This document shows, in pieces, positions 1-13,727 of a stretch of DNA of 64,000 nt. The notes under the pieces were generated by a model. It was not told where the DNA came from. It searched no databases and saw nothing but the letters and a program-made list of their open reading frames with translations. The stretch covers positions 20,584,001 through 20,648,000 of the forward strand of contig OY740798.1 in NCBI GenBank assembly GCA_963514005.1, written 5' to 3'. Position 1 is the stretch's first letter, and every line of letters begins with the position of its first letter. This DNA is from Raja brachyura. Its lineage: Eukaryota. The position numbers and the translations under genes were made by a program.

Positions 1-1527
1 CGAACTGAACTGCAGGGAAAGCTGTTACCAATTTCCCAATGACCTTAGCGCCTTCTCTGATGGGGGGATAAAGTTTTTGTGTGAGGCAAGTACAGACATC
101 AGCAATATCCACAACCTTGGCTGTTGGTAATGTTACTGTCATATCAACTGAATCAATAAGAAATCCCAAATACTCAATATTTTGGGTTGGCTGTAATTTA
201 GACTTAGTTGGATGAACGAAAAACCCTAATGTTTCAAACACATTTTTGGTTACTGCAACCGACTCCTCAGCTGACTCTTTAGTGTTGCTGATAATTAAGA
301 TATCATCTAAATAAGCCATGACAATGTGATTATGGGCCCTCAGTAGCCCCAGCACAGGTTTTAACAATTTAGTAAATAGCCTCGGTGCTGAACTTAATCT
401 ATTAGGCAATGCTTTGTATTGCATTAGGCCATAGTTGCCATATAACAACCCTGTGAGACCAGCTGTTTAGCAGTAACGAAGGTGTCCATTTTTAAATGTC
501 TATAGAGAACTGAAGAATTTAAGTGAGTGAGGTCCAGAATTACTGTACAACCCCCATCTTTCTTAGGTCTGGGGAATATATTAGACACAAATTGTTGAGG
601 ATGAGTAATGGCTTTCTCAATCACTCCTTTTTGGCATAAATTCTTAATCTCATCATTAACCTGTTCAGTCTCTGGAGCAGAAAACACCAACATTTTATTT
701 GGCTTGTGCTGCTGAGGTGGATCTATCGCTGAGATAAACTCAATGGTAGAACCTGACACAGTATTTAGTATAAACATATCACATGTTATACATCACCATT
801 TGTAATCTTCCTCCAATAGCAGGTTGTGCATCAGAACCTTTAACAAAAGTTCCCTGTACCTCTGCAGTTGGCCTGTAAGCCTGCTGTCTGCTCATATTGG
901 GGTTGAAGCCGCTCTGTCTTGGTGGGTAACCTCGTTGCCCCACTGGCCTCCCCCTGCTCGGTCCGGCTCCTGGATCCAACCTTCGGTACATAAACCCAGG
1001 TTACCGAATAGGTGGCCGTGATATGCTTGGTATCATCAAACCAATTGTTTTTGCCTGATCATCAATATCACGTATTTGTTTGACAAGGTCCGTTCCAAAC
1101 AGGAACTCAGGCGTTTGTATATTTGTCGCCTTACATAGAGCAGCAAACTTTTGATTGAGAGTTGGCCTGATGGCGATTTTTCTAATGCAATTTACCTCAA
1201 AGAATGCATTGTATAATAGAGCCAACATATCTTTTTGAGTTTGAGTAATCATGGTCCCTTTGACCATAGTGCCAAATGCAGTAATTGCTGCAGCCACCAG
1301 TTGGAGGACGTGTTGGTGCACTCCTACTGACTGCTCGAGCCAGCTTTACAGAGTTAAATACTCCCAAAGTTTTCAAAACCACTTACCACTTACCTGCGAG
1401 TTTACTACTTACCGCTGGTGGAGCTGCGCCCTCCAGCCCGTTCAGTGCGACATGCGCGGACGTAAATGACGCGCATGCGCCTGGCGGGGCTTCTTCACAT
1501 AGTCACTCACATGACTCCGAAGTAAAA
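1..1527 (-). mobile_element. DIRS1-type retrotransposon, 5' part (left terminal repeat, gag and RT fragments), degenerate and running off the window
   Basis: The terminus (reverse complement ttttacttcggagtcatgtgagtgactatgtgaagaagccccgccaggcgcatgc) matches the left end of the 33038 element. ORFs 1001-1321, 779-991 and 424-777 are homologous to its gag and RT (FVSNIFPRPKKDGGC..ILDL). Confidence 0.9.
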
Positions 1528-1779
1528 CTGAAAATTTCTTTCAGTTCTCTTAATTTTTAAGAAAGTTATGAGCTCTTGACTCTCCTCGATCACAACTTTT
1601 GTGTTAAGTCAATGGAAAAGCAATAGGGAACAAGATGCTAATTCCAAGTGTGAAAATGGCCATAACATTTTTAATACTGAAGATATGAAAGTGAATTAGG
1701 TGTCAAATTAAACTTCTATTTATGCTTTATCTGATGGGATAAATTGCAGACTTGATTTTTAAAATCTCAAAATGTTGTA

Positions 1780-4440
1780 ACATTGCTACACATACTTGTA
1801 GTCATAAAAGATGAGTGGTAATCTTGATATCAAACTCAGTTAAATTAAAAAAAAATAAAGACATAAAAGACTAAGAATGGAGGTATATCATATTTGATAA
1901 TAATATCCTGACACTGGTGAATACCTATGCTCCCCCAGATAGTGATAAACATTTTTTTAAATCCCTATTTAATATTATTGCAATGGATGCAGAAGGAATT
2001 TGTATATGCGGGGGGGGGGGGGGGGGGGGATAGACTATTTCTTAATGCAGAAAGAAGACTGTTATATGGTAACGGATTGCAGAATTGGTGTGGCAGACGT
2101 ATCAGACCATAATGCCATATACTTAACAATTCAAATGGACAGTAGAAGGAAAAACACAGTGTGGCGATTAAATGTTGGAATACTGAATGATAAAACAACT
2201 GTTAATGATATTAAATTGGAAATCAAAACTTATCTAGAGGAGAATGACAATGGGGAGGTGGACCCATCCATACTATGGGACTCATTGAAGGCTGTAATAC
2301 GAGGTAGGTTAATAGCTAGGGCATCACATATTAAAAAGGCCAGAATGAAAACATATAATAAGTTGATATCAGACCTGAAGGATTTAGAACAGAAGTACAA
2401 AAATAATAAGGACCAGAGAACATATAAGCAAATAGAAGATTTGAGGGGACAAATGGATGGAATATTGATCAAGAGGTGAGAAAAAAAGCAAGATTTGTAA
2501 AACAGGCACATTATGAGCTTGGTCCTAAATCCACTAAAATACTTGCCCGAAGGCGACGCAAACAACAGGCTGACAACACCATACACAAAATTAAGGACCC
2601 CTGTAGAATTTGAAGAGTGATCCAAAATAAATAGAATATATCTTCCAGGAATATTATAAATAATTATATACACAAACCTCTACAGTAGATGGGGAATCAA
2701 TGAGGAGTTTATGTACAATAGATCTGCCCTGTATTGGAGAGACACAAAATAAAATAATCACAGCAGAAATATCACTGAGGAGATAGAGAAGACAATTGGA
2801 AGGATGAAAACAATGGATGAAGACCCCAGGCAGCAACGGTTTCCCTATAGAATGGTATAAAATATTTTGGAATGAGCTGAACCCACTTCTTCTGAGAACC
2901 TTTAACTGGATTATCAAAGAAGGCAAGCCACTCCCATCATAGAAAGAGGCAATTATAACATTAATCCCCAAAGAGAACAAAGACAAAGAAAATTGTACCA
3001 ACTACAGACCGATATCAATTCTAAATGTGGACTATAAATTATATTCTTCAATTATCTCCAAACGATTTGAAAAGTTCATGCCAGATTTAATCGATGAAGA
3101 CCAGACTGGTTTTATAATAGGGAGACAAACACAGGACAGTATTATAAGAACCCTACATATAATACACAAGATTCACTAGGAAAGTACGTGTGCTGTCCTG
3201 ATAAGCCTAGATGCGGAAAAGGCTTTTGATAGGGTTAATTGGGAATTCTTATATCAAACACTAAAAAAAATTGGCTTTACCGAAGATTCAATTCAAGTTA
3301 TTAAAGCAATTTGCCAGCAAGAGTAAAGGTGAATGGATCCTTAACTGAGAGATTTGTGTTAGGAAGAGGAACGAGACAGGGATGTTGTCTTAGCCCTATC
3401 CTGTTTGCTTATATATATTGAACTATTGGCTCAAGCGATTCATCAAGATAGGGAACTGAGGGGAGTAACTATAAGAGACAGAGAACATAAAATTGGCCTT
3501 TTTGCAGATGATGTAATGATGTATCTCACGGAAGTAAACACCTCATTCACAAGGATGATGGGGATCATAGAGAAATTTAATTTTTATGCAGATTATAAAG
3601 TGAATATTTCAAAAACTCAAACCCTCCTATTTAATTGTCCTCCACCGGAAGAAATCAAACAAAAGTATGATATTAAATGGGATTCAAAATCAATCAAATA
3701 CCTAGGGGTACATATAACAAAAAATATCAATGTTGTATGGGGCCAATTATAATCACATCAACCAACAAATAAGAAAGGATATAGAAAGATGGTCCACCTA
3801 CCCAATGGATTTTAGTAGTAAGATAAATGTGGTGAAATTGAATATTTTGCCAAGGCTATTGTACTTGTTTTAATCTCTGCCAATAGAGGTACCATTAAAA
3901 CAATTCAAGGAATGGGATAAATTAATATCTAGATTTATTTGGGGAGGAAAGAAGGCCAGAATTTGATACACTACACTCCAGTTGCCAAAGGACAAAGGTG
4001 GAATAGCACTTCCAAATTTTAGGATATATTTCTATGCAGCCCAACTTCGACCACTATTTAATTGGTGTGAGGACAGCTATATAGCTAGGTGGAAAGATAT
4101 TGAGACACATATCCCTGACTTCCACATCCAAACACTCTTGGGAGAAAAAAGTGCTTCCTGGACATATCAGGAGTATAATCGATCCAATAACGATATTTAC
4201 TTTAGAAACCTGGTTCACTCTTACCAGACAACTTAAACTGAATAAATGAAAAAAGTTTTAAGATGGATAACTTTGGATAATCTCAGAAGAAGAATGGCAT
4301 CATATGTGTGTAACACTACAGACATCCATTAATTCACAAAAATTGAGAGAATTTAATTTAAAACATTTGATTTGTTTCTTTATTACGCCTAAAATAAAAA
4401 GCAAGCAAATTCTAAGGCAGCAAACATGCTGGAGCCATTT
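1780..4440 (+). mobile_element. L1-clade LINE ORF2 remnant
   Basis: Endonuclease-end motif SDHNAI, WRLN, LWDSLKAVIRG, RT motif LFADDV and PKDKGGIALPNF. Many stops and frameshifts. Confidence 0.88.
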
Positions 4441-4444
4441 ATGT

Positions 4445-7400
4445 GCATGTCACCTCGCCTCAGATAACTGCTCATATTGGGGCCGGGGTAGAAGCCTGTA
4501 TCTTCTCTATCTTACCAGTACAGGTTAGGAATTGTAAGACGAATGCAGTGTTGCAAACATATGCATTTTTGGATCACGGACGTTCAGCTACCTTTTGCAC
4601 AGAAAGCCTGATGAGAAGGCTGGGCATCACAGGAAAAGAGATTAAGATTTGATTGTGTACCATGAATAAAGATAAAAAGTGCATTAGTCATTACATTACA
4701 AGTATGGACATATCCAGTCTGGATGAAGATAATTTTATACCAATATCTGAAGTGTATACACGAGACCATGACTGTTGGTCGTCAAAATATACCCAGACAT
4801 GAGGACGAGACAATGGCCTTACTTGAAGCATGTCAAAATATCTAAAATAAATTCCGGTGTTGAACTACTTATCGGAACAGATTGTGAGGAGCCAAGGTGA
4901 TGGACCGTTTACTGAAAAAACCTTACTAGGATGGGTTATCTATGGCTCCTTGAGAAGGATCCTTGAGAAGAACTATCCTGCCACTGCTGTTAATCAAATA
5001 TCTACTGGTAAATTAGAAAAGCTGTTGATCAAGCAATACAATCATGAGTTCAATGACAGTACCAGTAAGGAATCTGAAGAAATGTGCAGAGAATAGTTAA
5101 AGTTCATGGATATTATGAACTAATCAGTAAAGATGATAGATGGACACTATTGTCTGGACTTACCTTTCAAACAAGTAAGTGTTAGTCTGCCGAATAATCG
5201 TTGTATGGCAGAGCAACTCACCCAGAATTTGAAACACAAGTTTGGCAAGAATACAAAATGTCATGAGGAATAGATGTCTTTCCTAAAGGATATGATTGAT
5301 AATGATTATGCCGAAATGATACCAACAACCAACTGAATCGAAGTGATAATAGACAATAGGTACAGGAGTAGGCCATTTGGCCCTTCGAGCCAGCACCGCC
5401 ACTCAATGTAATCATGGCTGATCATCCCCAATCAGTACCCCGTTTCTGATGGAGAGCTTTGGTACATTCCACACCATAGGGTGTATAACACGAAGAAAGG
5501 GACCTTGAGGGTGGTCTTTGATTGTGCTGCAGTCTTCAAAGGAACATCACTTAACTGTCAACTACTGCAAGGTCCAGACCTTACCAACTCACTCATTGGG
5601 GTTCTCATTAAATTCAGACAAGAACCAATTGTGTTGATGGCTGATATCAGAGCGATGGTTCATCAAATCAAAGTATCAGAAAAACACATTGACTACCTGC
5701 GATTTTTATGGTGGCCTGAAGGGGATGTACAACAAGATCTTGTCACATACCAGATGGAGGTACATCTCTTTGGAGCAGTGTCATCACCAAGTTGTGCAAA
5801 TTTTGCATTAAAGAAGACAGCAGGGGATAATAAAGTTCACTTTCCAGAGGAAGTAATAACTACTTTGAAGAATAATTTCTATGTGGATGATTGCTTAAAA
5901 TCCATGTCTACTGAGCAGGAAGCAATTCAAATGGTAAAACATCTGACTTCCCTCTGCAATAACGGAGGATCCACACTTTCCAAGTGGATCAGCAACAATC
6001 ATGCTGTATTGGAAAGCATTCCACCAGATGATAGAGCCAAGGAGACCAGAGAGTTGGATTTGGACAAAGATAATTTGTCAATGGAAAGAGCATTGTGAGT
6101 GCACTGGTGCATTGAAACAGATGTGTTCAAGTTCAGAATCTCTATTCAAGAGCGACCATGTACTAGAAGGGGTATCCTATCCGTGATTGGTTCCGTTTAC
6201 GACCCTTTTGGATTTCTTGCACCATTTACACTGCCAGCCAAATTGATTTTGTTGGATCTTTGTAAGGAAAAACCTGGATGGGATGAGAGTATAACACAAA
6301 CTTCCTCTCACCGATGGACAGATTAGTTAGCAGATCTCAACAAGATCACAGAATTCAAGGTGGACCGGTGGCTGAAGCCTACAAGCTTTGGTAAGATCAA
6401 GGGTGCACAGTTGCATCATTTCTCGGATGCCAGTGAAAGTGGCTACGGTACTGTTTCATATCCAAGACTGGAAAATGATAACAAAGAAGTACATGTTGCA
6501 TTCTTAACGGGAAAGACCAGAGTGGCACCATTGAAACAAATGACAATTCCCAGAATGGAACTCACAGCAGCAGTCTTACCTGTTAAAGTTGACATAATGC
6601 TGCAAAAGGAACTACAGTTTCAACTGGAAGAATCTATCTTTTGGACAGATGGTACTACGGTGCTTAAATACTTCAATAATGGGAACAAACGTTTCATGAC
6701 ATTTGTAGCAAACAGAGTCTCTTTTGTATTGGGAGCTACTAATGTTTCACAATGAAAATCCTGCGGATGAAGTTTCCAGACATCTGGCAGCAGATCGCTT
6801 CTTAAGCAATAAGTGATGGATCAATGGACCAACGTTTCTCTGTAAGCCAGACAGAGAATGGCCAAAACGCGAGCTGGGATTTGAAATCTCTGCTAATGAT
6901 CTGGAAATTAAACAAAACATCACAGTGAACGTTATTGTTAAAAAACAATATTATTCTCTCGAAGGATTTTCACACTTGAACATTATTGTTACAACACATC
7001 CAGGAGTTGATCGGACATGGAGGAAGAAGTTTCATGCTATCAAAACTTTGGACTTTTGTGTTTTGGACTATATACTGGGTATCATGCCTGATGTTAAGGG
7101 TTTGGTGTGCACGGTACGACTTCAAACTAAAAACAATGTTTTAATAAGACCAATAACCAAGTTATGTTTGTTTCTAGAAGGCGAAGATGGAAGAATCACT
7201 GAAGAAGTCTGAACGCGGATATATAATGCATGCTACTTTTTGCTTTTGATATATATTAAGCCTTCATGGCAACTTTTTTAATATTTATTAGTAATTGCCT
7301 CGTTATATACTCAGAACAATTAGAAGCCGGTATGTAGTGGCCATTTGGCTTAATTTTATGTGTCATAAATTATGGCATTTGCCTTTAAATTTTGTCTGCC

Positions 7401-7923
7401 TATAATTTATGTGGGTGGGATTTATTACGTAGTCAGAGGCGTGTTTGCTGCTGGGATTCTTGCGCAGAAGCTGTTAGCAGTTTAGTTTAGTTCGGAGGAG
7501 GCATGGTAGAAGGAATATCTTTCGACCATGGGTCAGACATTCCAACATGAGGAGTTTTCTAATGTTTAAAAGCGACATGCTGGAGTTTGACGAAGATTAA
7601 AGCGTACGAGTCAAAGAAGAAGGTTGGATGAATATCTTACTGTTTGTCCTTCAACAATAAAAAAACTATTAGTCAAAAGACTGTGTTATGAAGATTTATC
7701 TTTCCAGAAGCTTTGAATGTCTCATGGAGAGCTCACATGCGTAAAACGACTCTCCTAACTCCATGTTTCCTCCTAAGTGGCTAGAGCAAGCGATCTCTTG
7801 AACGATATAATAATCTGCCACTATATTAGCCTCCTGCTTAAATTTCTCATCATTAAAAGCCATCCTCCACAATATCAATAAATGCTCGTGCACTAGATAT
7901 AAAACGTCCTATGATCTCTAACA
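4445..7923 (+). mobile_element. BEL/Pao LTR retrotransposon remnant (pol, with 3' LTR starting TGT at 7333; LTR end uncertain)
   Basis: RVVFDCAA...[45 protein letters not shown] and C-terminal RPITKLCL. A purine tract precedes TGTAG at 7333. A short CR1 3' tail is inserted at about 5348-5442. Confidence 0.88.
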
Positions 7924-8904
7924 TTCCAGCCGAAGGATTTTAAAATTTATGTTCCAGAAAGAGGAACAATCTTATCTAGTGAAAATTGGAAAAGTGAGAA
8001 TCCACGTATGTTATGTCTGGGAAAATTCAGCCCAATCAATCTACTCTCAATCAGTGGCAAAGGTATAGAACATTTTATCAAAAGTACTGCCAAGTAACCA
8101 ATTAATCATTTTGATTTGCATTCTATCAGGTTTGCTTAGCAGCAAACCTCAAACCAGCTTTGGTGCAGACTAAAAAACAGACTTCCAAAAGTGAAATTAA
8201 GGACACTACCCTTCACGTTGCTGTAAAATCTTAGTAACAATGAAATCTCTCCATTGGATAGATTAGCTCATCATTTAGTTTATAGGAAGATGGTTATAGT
8301 TGACGGACCAATCATCTCAGCCCCCAGGACACTGGTGTTTACAACAATAGTTTAGCAAAACAATTTTCAGCTGTTTCATGAATGACTCCTTTTCCATTAT
8401 ATCAGAAATAGAAATGTTCACAGTTCCACTTCCAAGAGCACTGATGCTGAAATAGTTTGTGTTCTATGCACCACTACTGAGTGACAAACAAATTCAGGGC
8501 ACACAGAGCATGATCACTTCCAGTATGAAGGTATCTAAGCATTTCCCTGACACTCAATAGCACAACCATCATGATCCCACCATCATCAACACCGCAGAGA
8601 TTACCACTGACCAGAATATTAAAGTATCAAAGTAACAAGACTACAAAATTGCTCCTAAATCCAGCAATTCTATATTTGGACCTGTGCTATGGAAATCCAA
8701 GGCACAAGCTCTGCTCGTTCTGTACATGAATCCAAAAGAATTACTACATGAAAATGGGCAGGTATTTATTACATTCCATATAAAGTAATAGGATGAAATG
8801 TTTTATAATCCAGTTAGAAAAAAAAAACGAATCAGACATCTATATCTTTGTCTACTTTAAGGATACAAAATAAGAACAAATGTAATTTAAAATAATAAGA
8901 CATT

Positions 8905-8919
8905 TTTATTGATTTTATT
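8905..8919 (-). promoter_or_regulatory. Tandem AATAAA polyadenylation signals for IFTAP
   Basis: Two TTTATT on + (8905-8910, 8914-8919), about 130 nt past the IFTAP stop codon. Confidence 0.55.
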
Positions 8920-9045
8920 CCATGATTTCAATTTCTGCGATTTGTAAATTCTCATCCTCAGATTCTGTTTTAGATATAAAAATTGTTATCTTTGAAACAG
9001 AAAGTCAAGCTACCAGGCTGACTGCACCAGAAAATGACAACTGGA

Positions 9046-9219
9046 TCACGAGTCAGAATCTTTCAACTTTGTTGTGTTACATTCTCCACTTTCTCTTTGG
9101 TGTGGTGACAAGGCAGAAATAGCAGCAAGTTCAACCTCAGTGTATTTGGGCTTGAGGTAGACACAGTTATAGTCAAACTCTTCATCCAACGTGAAAGGCT
9201 GAACTTCATCGGTCAATAC
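9046..9219 (-). CDS. IFTAP: IFTAP last coding exon
   Basis: Acceptor tttttcatcag. Translates VLTDEVQPFTLDEEFDYNCVYLKPKYTEVEL...DSDS*, with the conserved IFTAP C-terminal motif DEVQ.F.LDEEFDY..V.L..K. Confidence 0.93.
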   Translation of the reverse strand, partial: VLTDEVQPFTLDEEFDYNCVYLKPKYTEVELAAISALSPHQRESGECNTTKLKDSDS

Positions 9220-9689
9220 CTGATGAAAAATAAAGTAGGTTTGATGCTGGCAAGTCCGATTGAAAACATGGCCATCTTGTAACATCACGTGTTATGTTGC
9301 AAAGTGGAAAATATAGATGCATGAACTAACATCAGCTGTGCTCTGTATTAACACTAAACAGTGCTGCTTAGTACTTACAGCAAAGATAAAATACATATAT
9401 GAAATCGCAAGTTGCTTAAAAGTCCTCCATGTTTTTTTACATTAGAGATTGAAACTTACCTGGAATCACACGAATGCGAAATGTCAACATATTTATGCCA
9501 ACTAGATCACTCATATTGTAATAGATAAGAGTGCAAACAAAATCAAAGACTGTTTCGTTCTCTTATTTTTCCTCTTACATTGTTAATTAGAAGAAACCAT
9601 CTGTTTTTAAAACTAAACTGTCAATGCGTAGCCAAGAAGTAAAATCTTTGGAAGATCTTGGGAATAAAGGATAACCGTTGGTCTACAAG

Positions 9690-10270
9690 AAAGCACACTA
9701 ACACCTCTACTTCCTGAGAAGGCTTAGAAAGCTCAGTATGTCCCCAACAACCCTCACCAACTTCTACAGATGCACGATAGAAAGCATTTTATCCGGATGC
9801 ATCACAGCATGGTTTGGGAACAGCTCCATTCAAAATTGCAAGGGTTTGGCGACGTAGCCCAGACCATCACACATACCAACCTCCTTTCCATTGACTCAAT
9901 CTACATTTCACTCTGATTTGGCAAGGCCACCAACATAATCATGGACCAGTCTCATCCTGTTCACTCCCTCTTTTCCCCTCTCCCATCAAGCAAGAGGTAC
10001 AGAAGTTTGAAAACACATCCCTCCAGATTCAGGGAGTTTCTAACCAGCTGTTATCAGGCAACTGAACCGTCATCTCACCAGAGCAGTCCTGACCTCCCAT
10101 CTACCTCATTGGAGTCCTTTGTATTATCTTTAATCAGACTTTATCTTGCACTAGACATCATACCCTTTACCCTGTATCTGTACACTGTGGACAGCTTGAC
10201 AAATGGCATGCAACAAAAAGTTTTTCACTGTACCTTGGTACCAATGACAATAACCAAACTAAACTAAAAT
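9690..10270 (+). mobile_element. Rex1/Babar-like LINE 3' fragment
   Basis: LYFLRRL-type and DQSHPVHSLFSPLPSSKRYRSLKT motifs, with an (AAACT)n tail. Confidence 0.7.
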
Positions 10271-10460
10271 AAGTATTTAGAACTTTGTGTACTCAGCCAA
10301 GTAAAAGTAAATGCATTTTGGATTTGAACAATATCCAAATATAACATCATAATAATCAACAATCACAAAAAAACATTATCTACAGGCAACAGCAATATTG
10401 TTACTTTGCAGCAGCCTAAAGTTTACAAAAAAATTCAAATATCCAACACAATCAGCATAC

Positions 10461-10594
10461 CTGCTCATGTGCTTGGCTATTAAACTCTTCAACACCTGCA
10501 ACAACTTTGAAGTCAAGGGTTGTGTGCTTGTATTCACAATAAGAATAATTTGCAGGAATCTCTTCTTCTATTTTACCTGGGAGTATTTCTCCTC
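10461..10594 (-). CDS. IFTAP: IFTAP coding exon 4 (134 nt)
   Basis: tttaatctag|GA...CAG|gtatgc. Translates (G)GEILPGKIEEEIPANYSYCEYKHTTLDFKVVAGVEEFNSQAHEQ, with the IFTAP LLPGEVE-like motif. Phase 1 in, phase 0 out. Confidence 0.85.
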
Positions 10595-11187
10595 CTAGAT
10601 TAAATGGACAGTGACAGTAAATAACATGCTGATTATATTTACAAATATATAACCAACCAAATTTCGGCTATACTGATATTAAGATGGAAGTGAAAATATC
10701 CAACCAAATACAATTAAACGGTGTGCATTACTGGAATACAAGTATCACCTTATTTTGTTCATACCTTCTATGAAAGACAATTTCTTCATAAATAACTGAT
10801 TTTACGAAAACCTTTGAACACACAGTGATCACTATTTTGTGAGCATCATTACCGTACCATCAGAGGTTCAAATAAAATGCCCATTATCAAGTTTGCATAA
10901 TTAATGTGAAATGACTAGCAATACCCAGAAACCAAATATAGTTCCTTCCAATTATGAAAGTAAATAGCATATAGTTTTTAGGTTTATTTTTGAACTACCT
11001 AATATTCTTTCAATACTGCATTATGTCAATGATGCTCCCAATATTACATTATAATGTTAAGTCACGGAATTTTGTTGAATGAGTTTTACTGTCAAGATAC
11101 ACACGCCACAGAATGCTGCCAATTATATTTGCACCATTGCATCTCTCGTCAATATTTATCTCAGTTACTACTCTTTTATTAGTCTAT

Positions 11188-11879
11188 AGAGCCTGTCCCA
11201 CGTAGGCGTCTTTTTAGGCGAGTGCAGGAGACTCTGCACTCGCCTCATAATCGCCACATGGTGCCACATGTTCGCTGGTCGTCTCTGGTGAGTCTCCTTC
11301 ATGGTTGCGAGGAGTTCCCGCAATCTGGGAACAAGTCGTGGCCTCAGTATGAACATGTTGAAAAAATGTCTGCGATCAAAAATTGGTCACTATTGAGAAA
11401 ATCGATACTTTTGTAGTCGTATGTGCAGTGGTAGTGGGGTCGCCATGTCGTTGTAGGTAGTCGAAGTAGCCGCAGGTAATTTTAGTTAATCTCCTTTGCT
11501 GACCAGGCATTTTCATTGGCTCATTGGCGGAAAAGAAAACGTAAGCACGAGTTTTCAGAACCAAGGAAAACCGACCAGTAATGTTAAATGCCCACTAAAC
11601 TTCACAGCTGTGTATCTCTGGCTTATTAAAAGTTGTCTGGCTTCTTGAAAGTGTCTCCACCCCTTCTGCCCCCCTTCTCCCCCTTCCCCGCTCTTTTAAA
11701 GAACTTACCTTACACTGTGTTAGCCGTCTTTAATCCTCCTGTTCATCGCGGTGTGTGTCTGTATCACTTTGGCTTTGCACCGTGTGAAATTCGGAGAGCG
11801 TTCCCCCGCCTTTGTGATGTGTTTGAGTGTGAGTGTGAGTGTGAGTGTGAGTGTGAGTGTGAGTGTGAGTGTGAGTGTG

Positions 11880-11910
<31 letters not shown>

Positions 11911-12016
11911 TCCGTTCTGACGGTTGCCGTTCAAGTTCGCAGTTTTTCAGGCGTGTGCCACAAGCTTGAAAGTCACAGGCAGACAGCTGAAAAGTCACCT
12001 AATTGGGACAGGCCCT
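11188..12016. mobile_element. PIF/Harbinger-type non-autonomous element (MITE)
   Basis: Terminal inverted repeats AGAGCCTGTCCCA / TGGGACAGGCCCT, with TTA at the right flank. Same TIR family as 15211 and 47532. Confidence 0.7.
11825..11909 (+). repeat. (GAGTGT)n-(GT)n compound microsatellite
   Basis: Directly visible tandem repeat. Confidence 0.95.
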
Positions 12017-12261
12017 TTACTCATCGGTAAATGTGCATCTTTCCACACAGAGGCAAATTATATTGGGAGATATTCACAGCTAAGTACAGAATATCATTTG
12101 TAAAGAATAAACATGTCAATGCGTAGCCAAGAAGTAAAATCTTTGGAAGATCTTGGGAATAAATGATAACCATTGGTCTACAAGAAAGCACACCAACACC
12201 TCTACTTCCTGAGAAGGCTTAGAAAGTTCAACATGTCCCCAACAACCCTCACCATACATCC

Positions 12262-12420
12262 ACATAGACAAAAATGCTGAAGAAACTCAGCGGGTGAGGC
12301 AGCAGCTATGGAGTGAAGGAAATAGGCAACGTTTCGGGCCGAAACCCTTCTTCAGACTGATGTGAGTATCGGGGGAGAGGGAAGAAGAAAGGAAGAGGTG
12401 GAGCCAGAGGGCTGAGGGAG
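12262..12420 (-). mobile_element. Penelope-like element terminal fragment with a hammerhead-like core
   Basis: Reverse complement reads tcagtCTGAAGAagggtttcggcccGAAAcgttgcctatttccttc, homologous to the 3' end of the GIY-YIG element at 42965-43935. Confidence 0.7.
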
Positions 12421-13727
12421 GTCTTCAACAGCTGATGAGAGACAGTCCAAATATTCAAGAAGATGAGAGCAATTCACAGAGAGTGAAGAACACAATTTTC
12501 AGGCATTGCTCTGAACACCCTTATTGGCAAGATGAAAATAAAGAGAGAGGTACTTGGGTATTAGGTTGCAAGGAAACAATAACAGCTACCAACGTGAAGA
12601 CTAGTAGAGGGCATTTATGTGGCTGATCTGATTGATTTTTAATTTAGTGACAAGTCAAGCTGGTTGTGTGTGTTTTTATTAATGATTTATTAAGGGGAAA
12701 TAATAAGGATCTCTTGTTGGAGTTAGGCATTGTCTTGTGAAACATAAATATTATTTGACACTTATCAGTCTGATGTTGTTCAGGTCCTGATCTATATGTG
12801 CATGGGCTATTTAGCAGAAATTTGTGTAAACTGCTTCACCTGACCTGATAATGAAAGGAAGGGCTTGAATGCCAGACTCCATTGACAAGCTAACCTATTG
12901 TTGGGATTATTGGTGCGACTGCCATTGAGCATACCCAGCAATGATGCAGAGGTAACGGTGTGTATATAAACATTATTATATTTGTAGATTGATGTTGCAT
13001 GTTAACCAATCACACACCAGCCAGCATCTCTAACTCCACCCCACTGAAATACTTATACTAACACTGGGTTCCCAGCACCGACAGTTGGAGCAGCCAGGAT
13101 GTACTGACAACTAATCATCCTCCATGCTGTTAAGTTTCAGTGCTGATTAAAGATGTATTTGAATCACGTACTGAGTCTAGAAGTCATTTACAATATTCCT
13201 AATATTTTGTATAATATTCCTTCCATAATCGTATTAGCCCCTATTTAAAGATTTAAAAAAACCGCAGGCAATGAATCACATACCACTTGTTTGTTGTTTA
13301 CTCACATTATAATCTTACCATGCGTTTTACTTCTTTGTGATAACGAACATCTACTTGGTCTGACAATAGGGGCTAAGAGGGAAAACAACACTTCCTTACA
13401 GGATGTGACACCTGTAGCCACTGGCTCGGAAATTGGTTCTTTGCAGATATAGAGGGTATCTTCAAGGTGACATCTGCACATAGCAAGTCACCATACCTGC
13501 AGTCAAGGCAGAAGGAAACACAGCCAAATTGCCAATACCCAACTTTGTAGATTGTACACTCCAAATGAAGGTTGCATTCAAGGCAATCTTAGATCAGAAG
13601 TGATGCAACGTTGCACTGTGCATCCGAACGGCTTTGAACTGGATGGAGTAAAGCTACTGGAGAATTGTTGGCAGTGCAAGTTAGAGAATTCTATCATGTT
13701 TCTGATTTGTCCGTTATAGATGGTAGA

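Noticed and set aside
6921-6948. CACAGTG + 12 nt + A-rich nonamer (cryptic 12-RSS)
   Set aside because: The nonamer matches only 5/9 and lies inside BEL/Pao coding sequence.
9460-9501. Possible extra IFTAP exon ending in CAG|GTAAGT on -
   Set aside because: Weak acceptor and an immediate in-frame stop. Exons 10461 and 9219 already join in phase.
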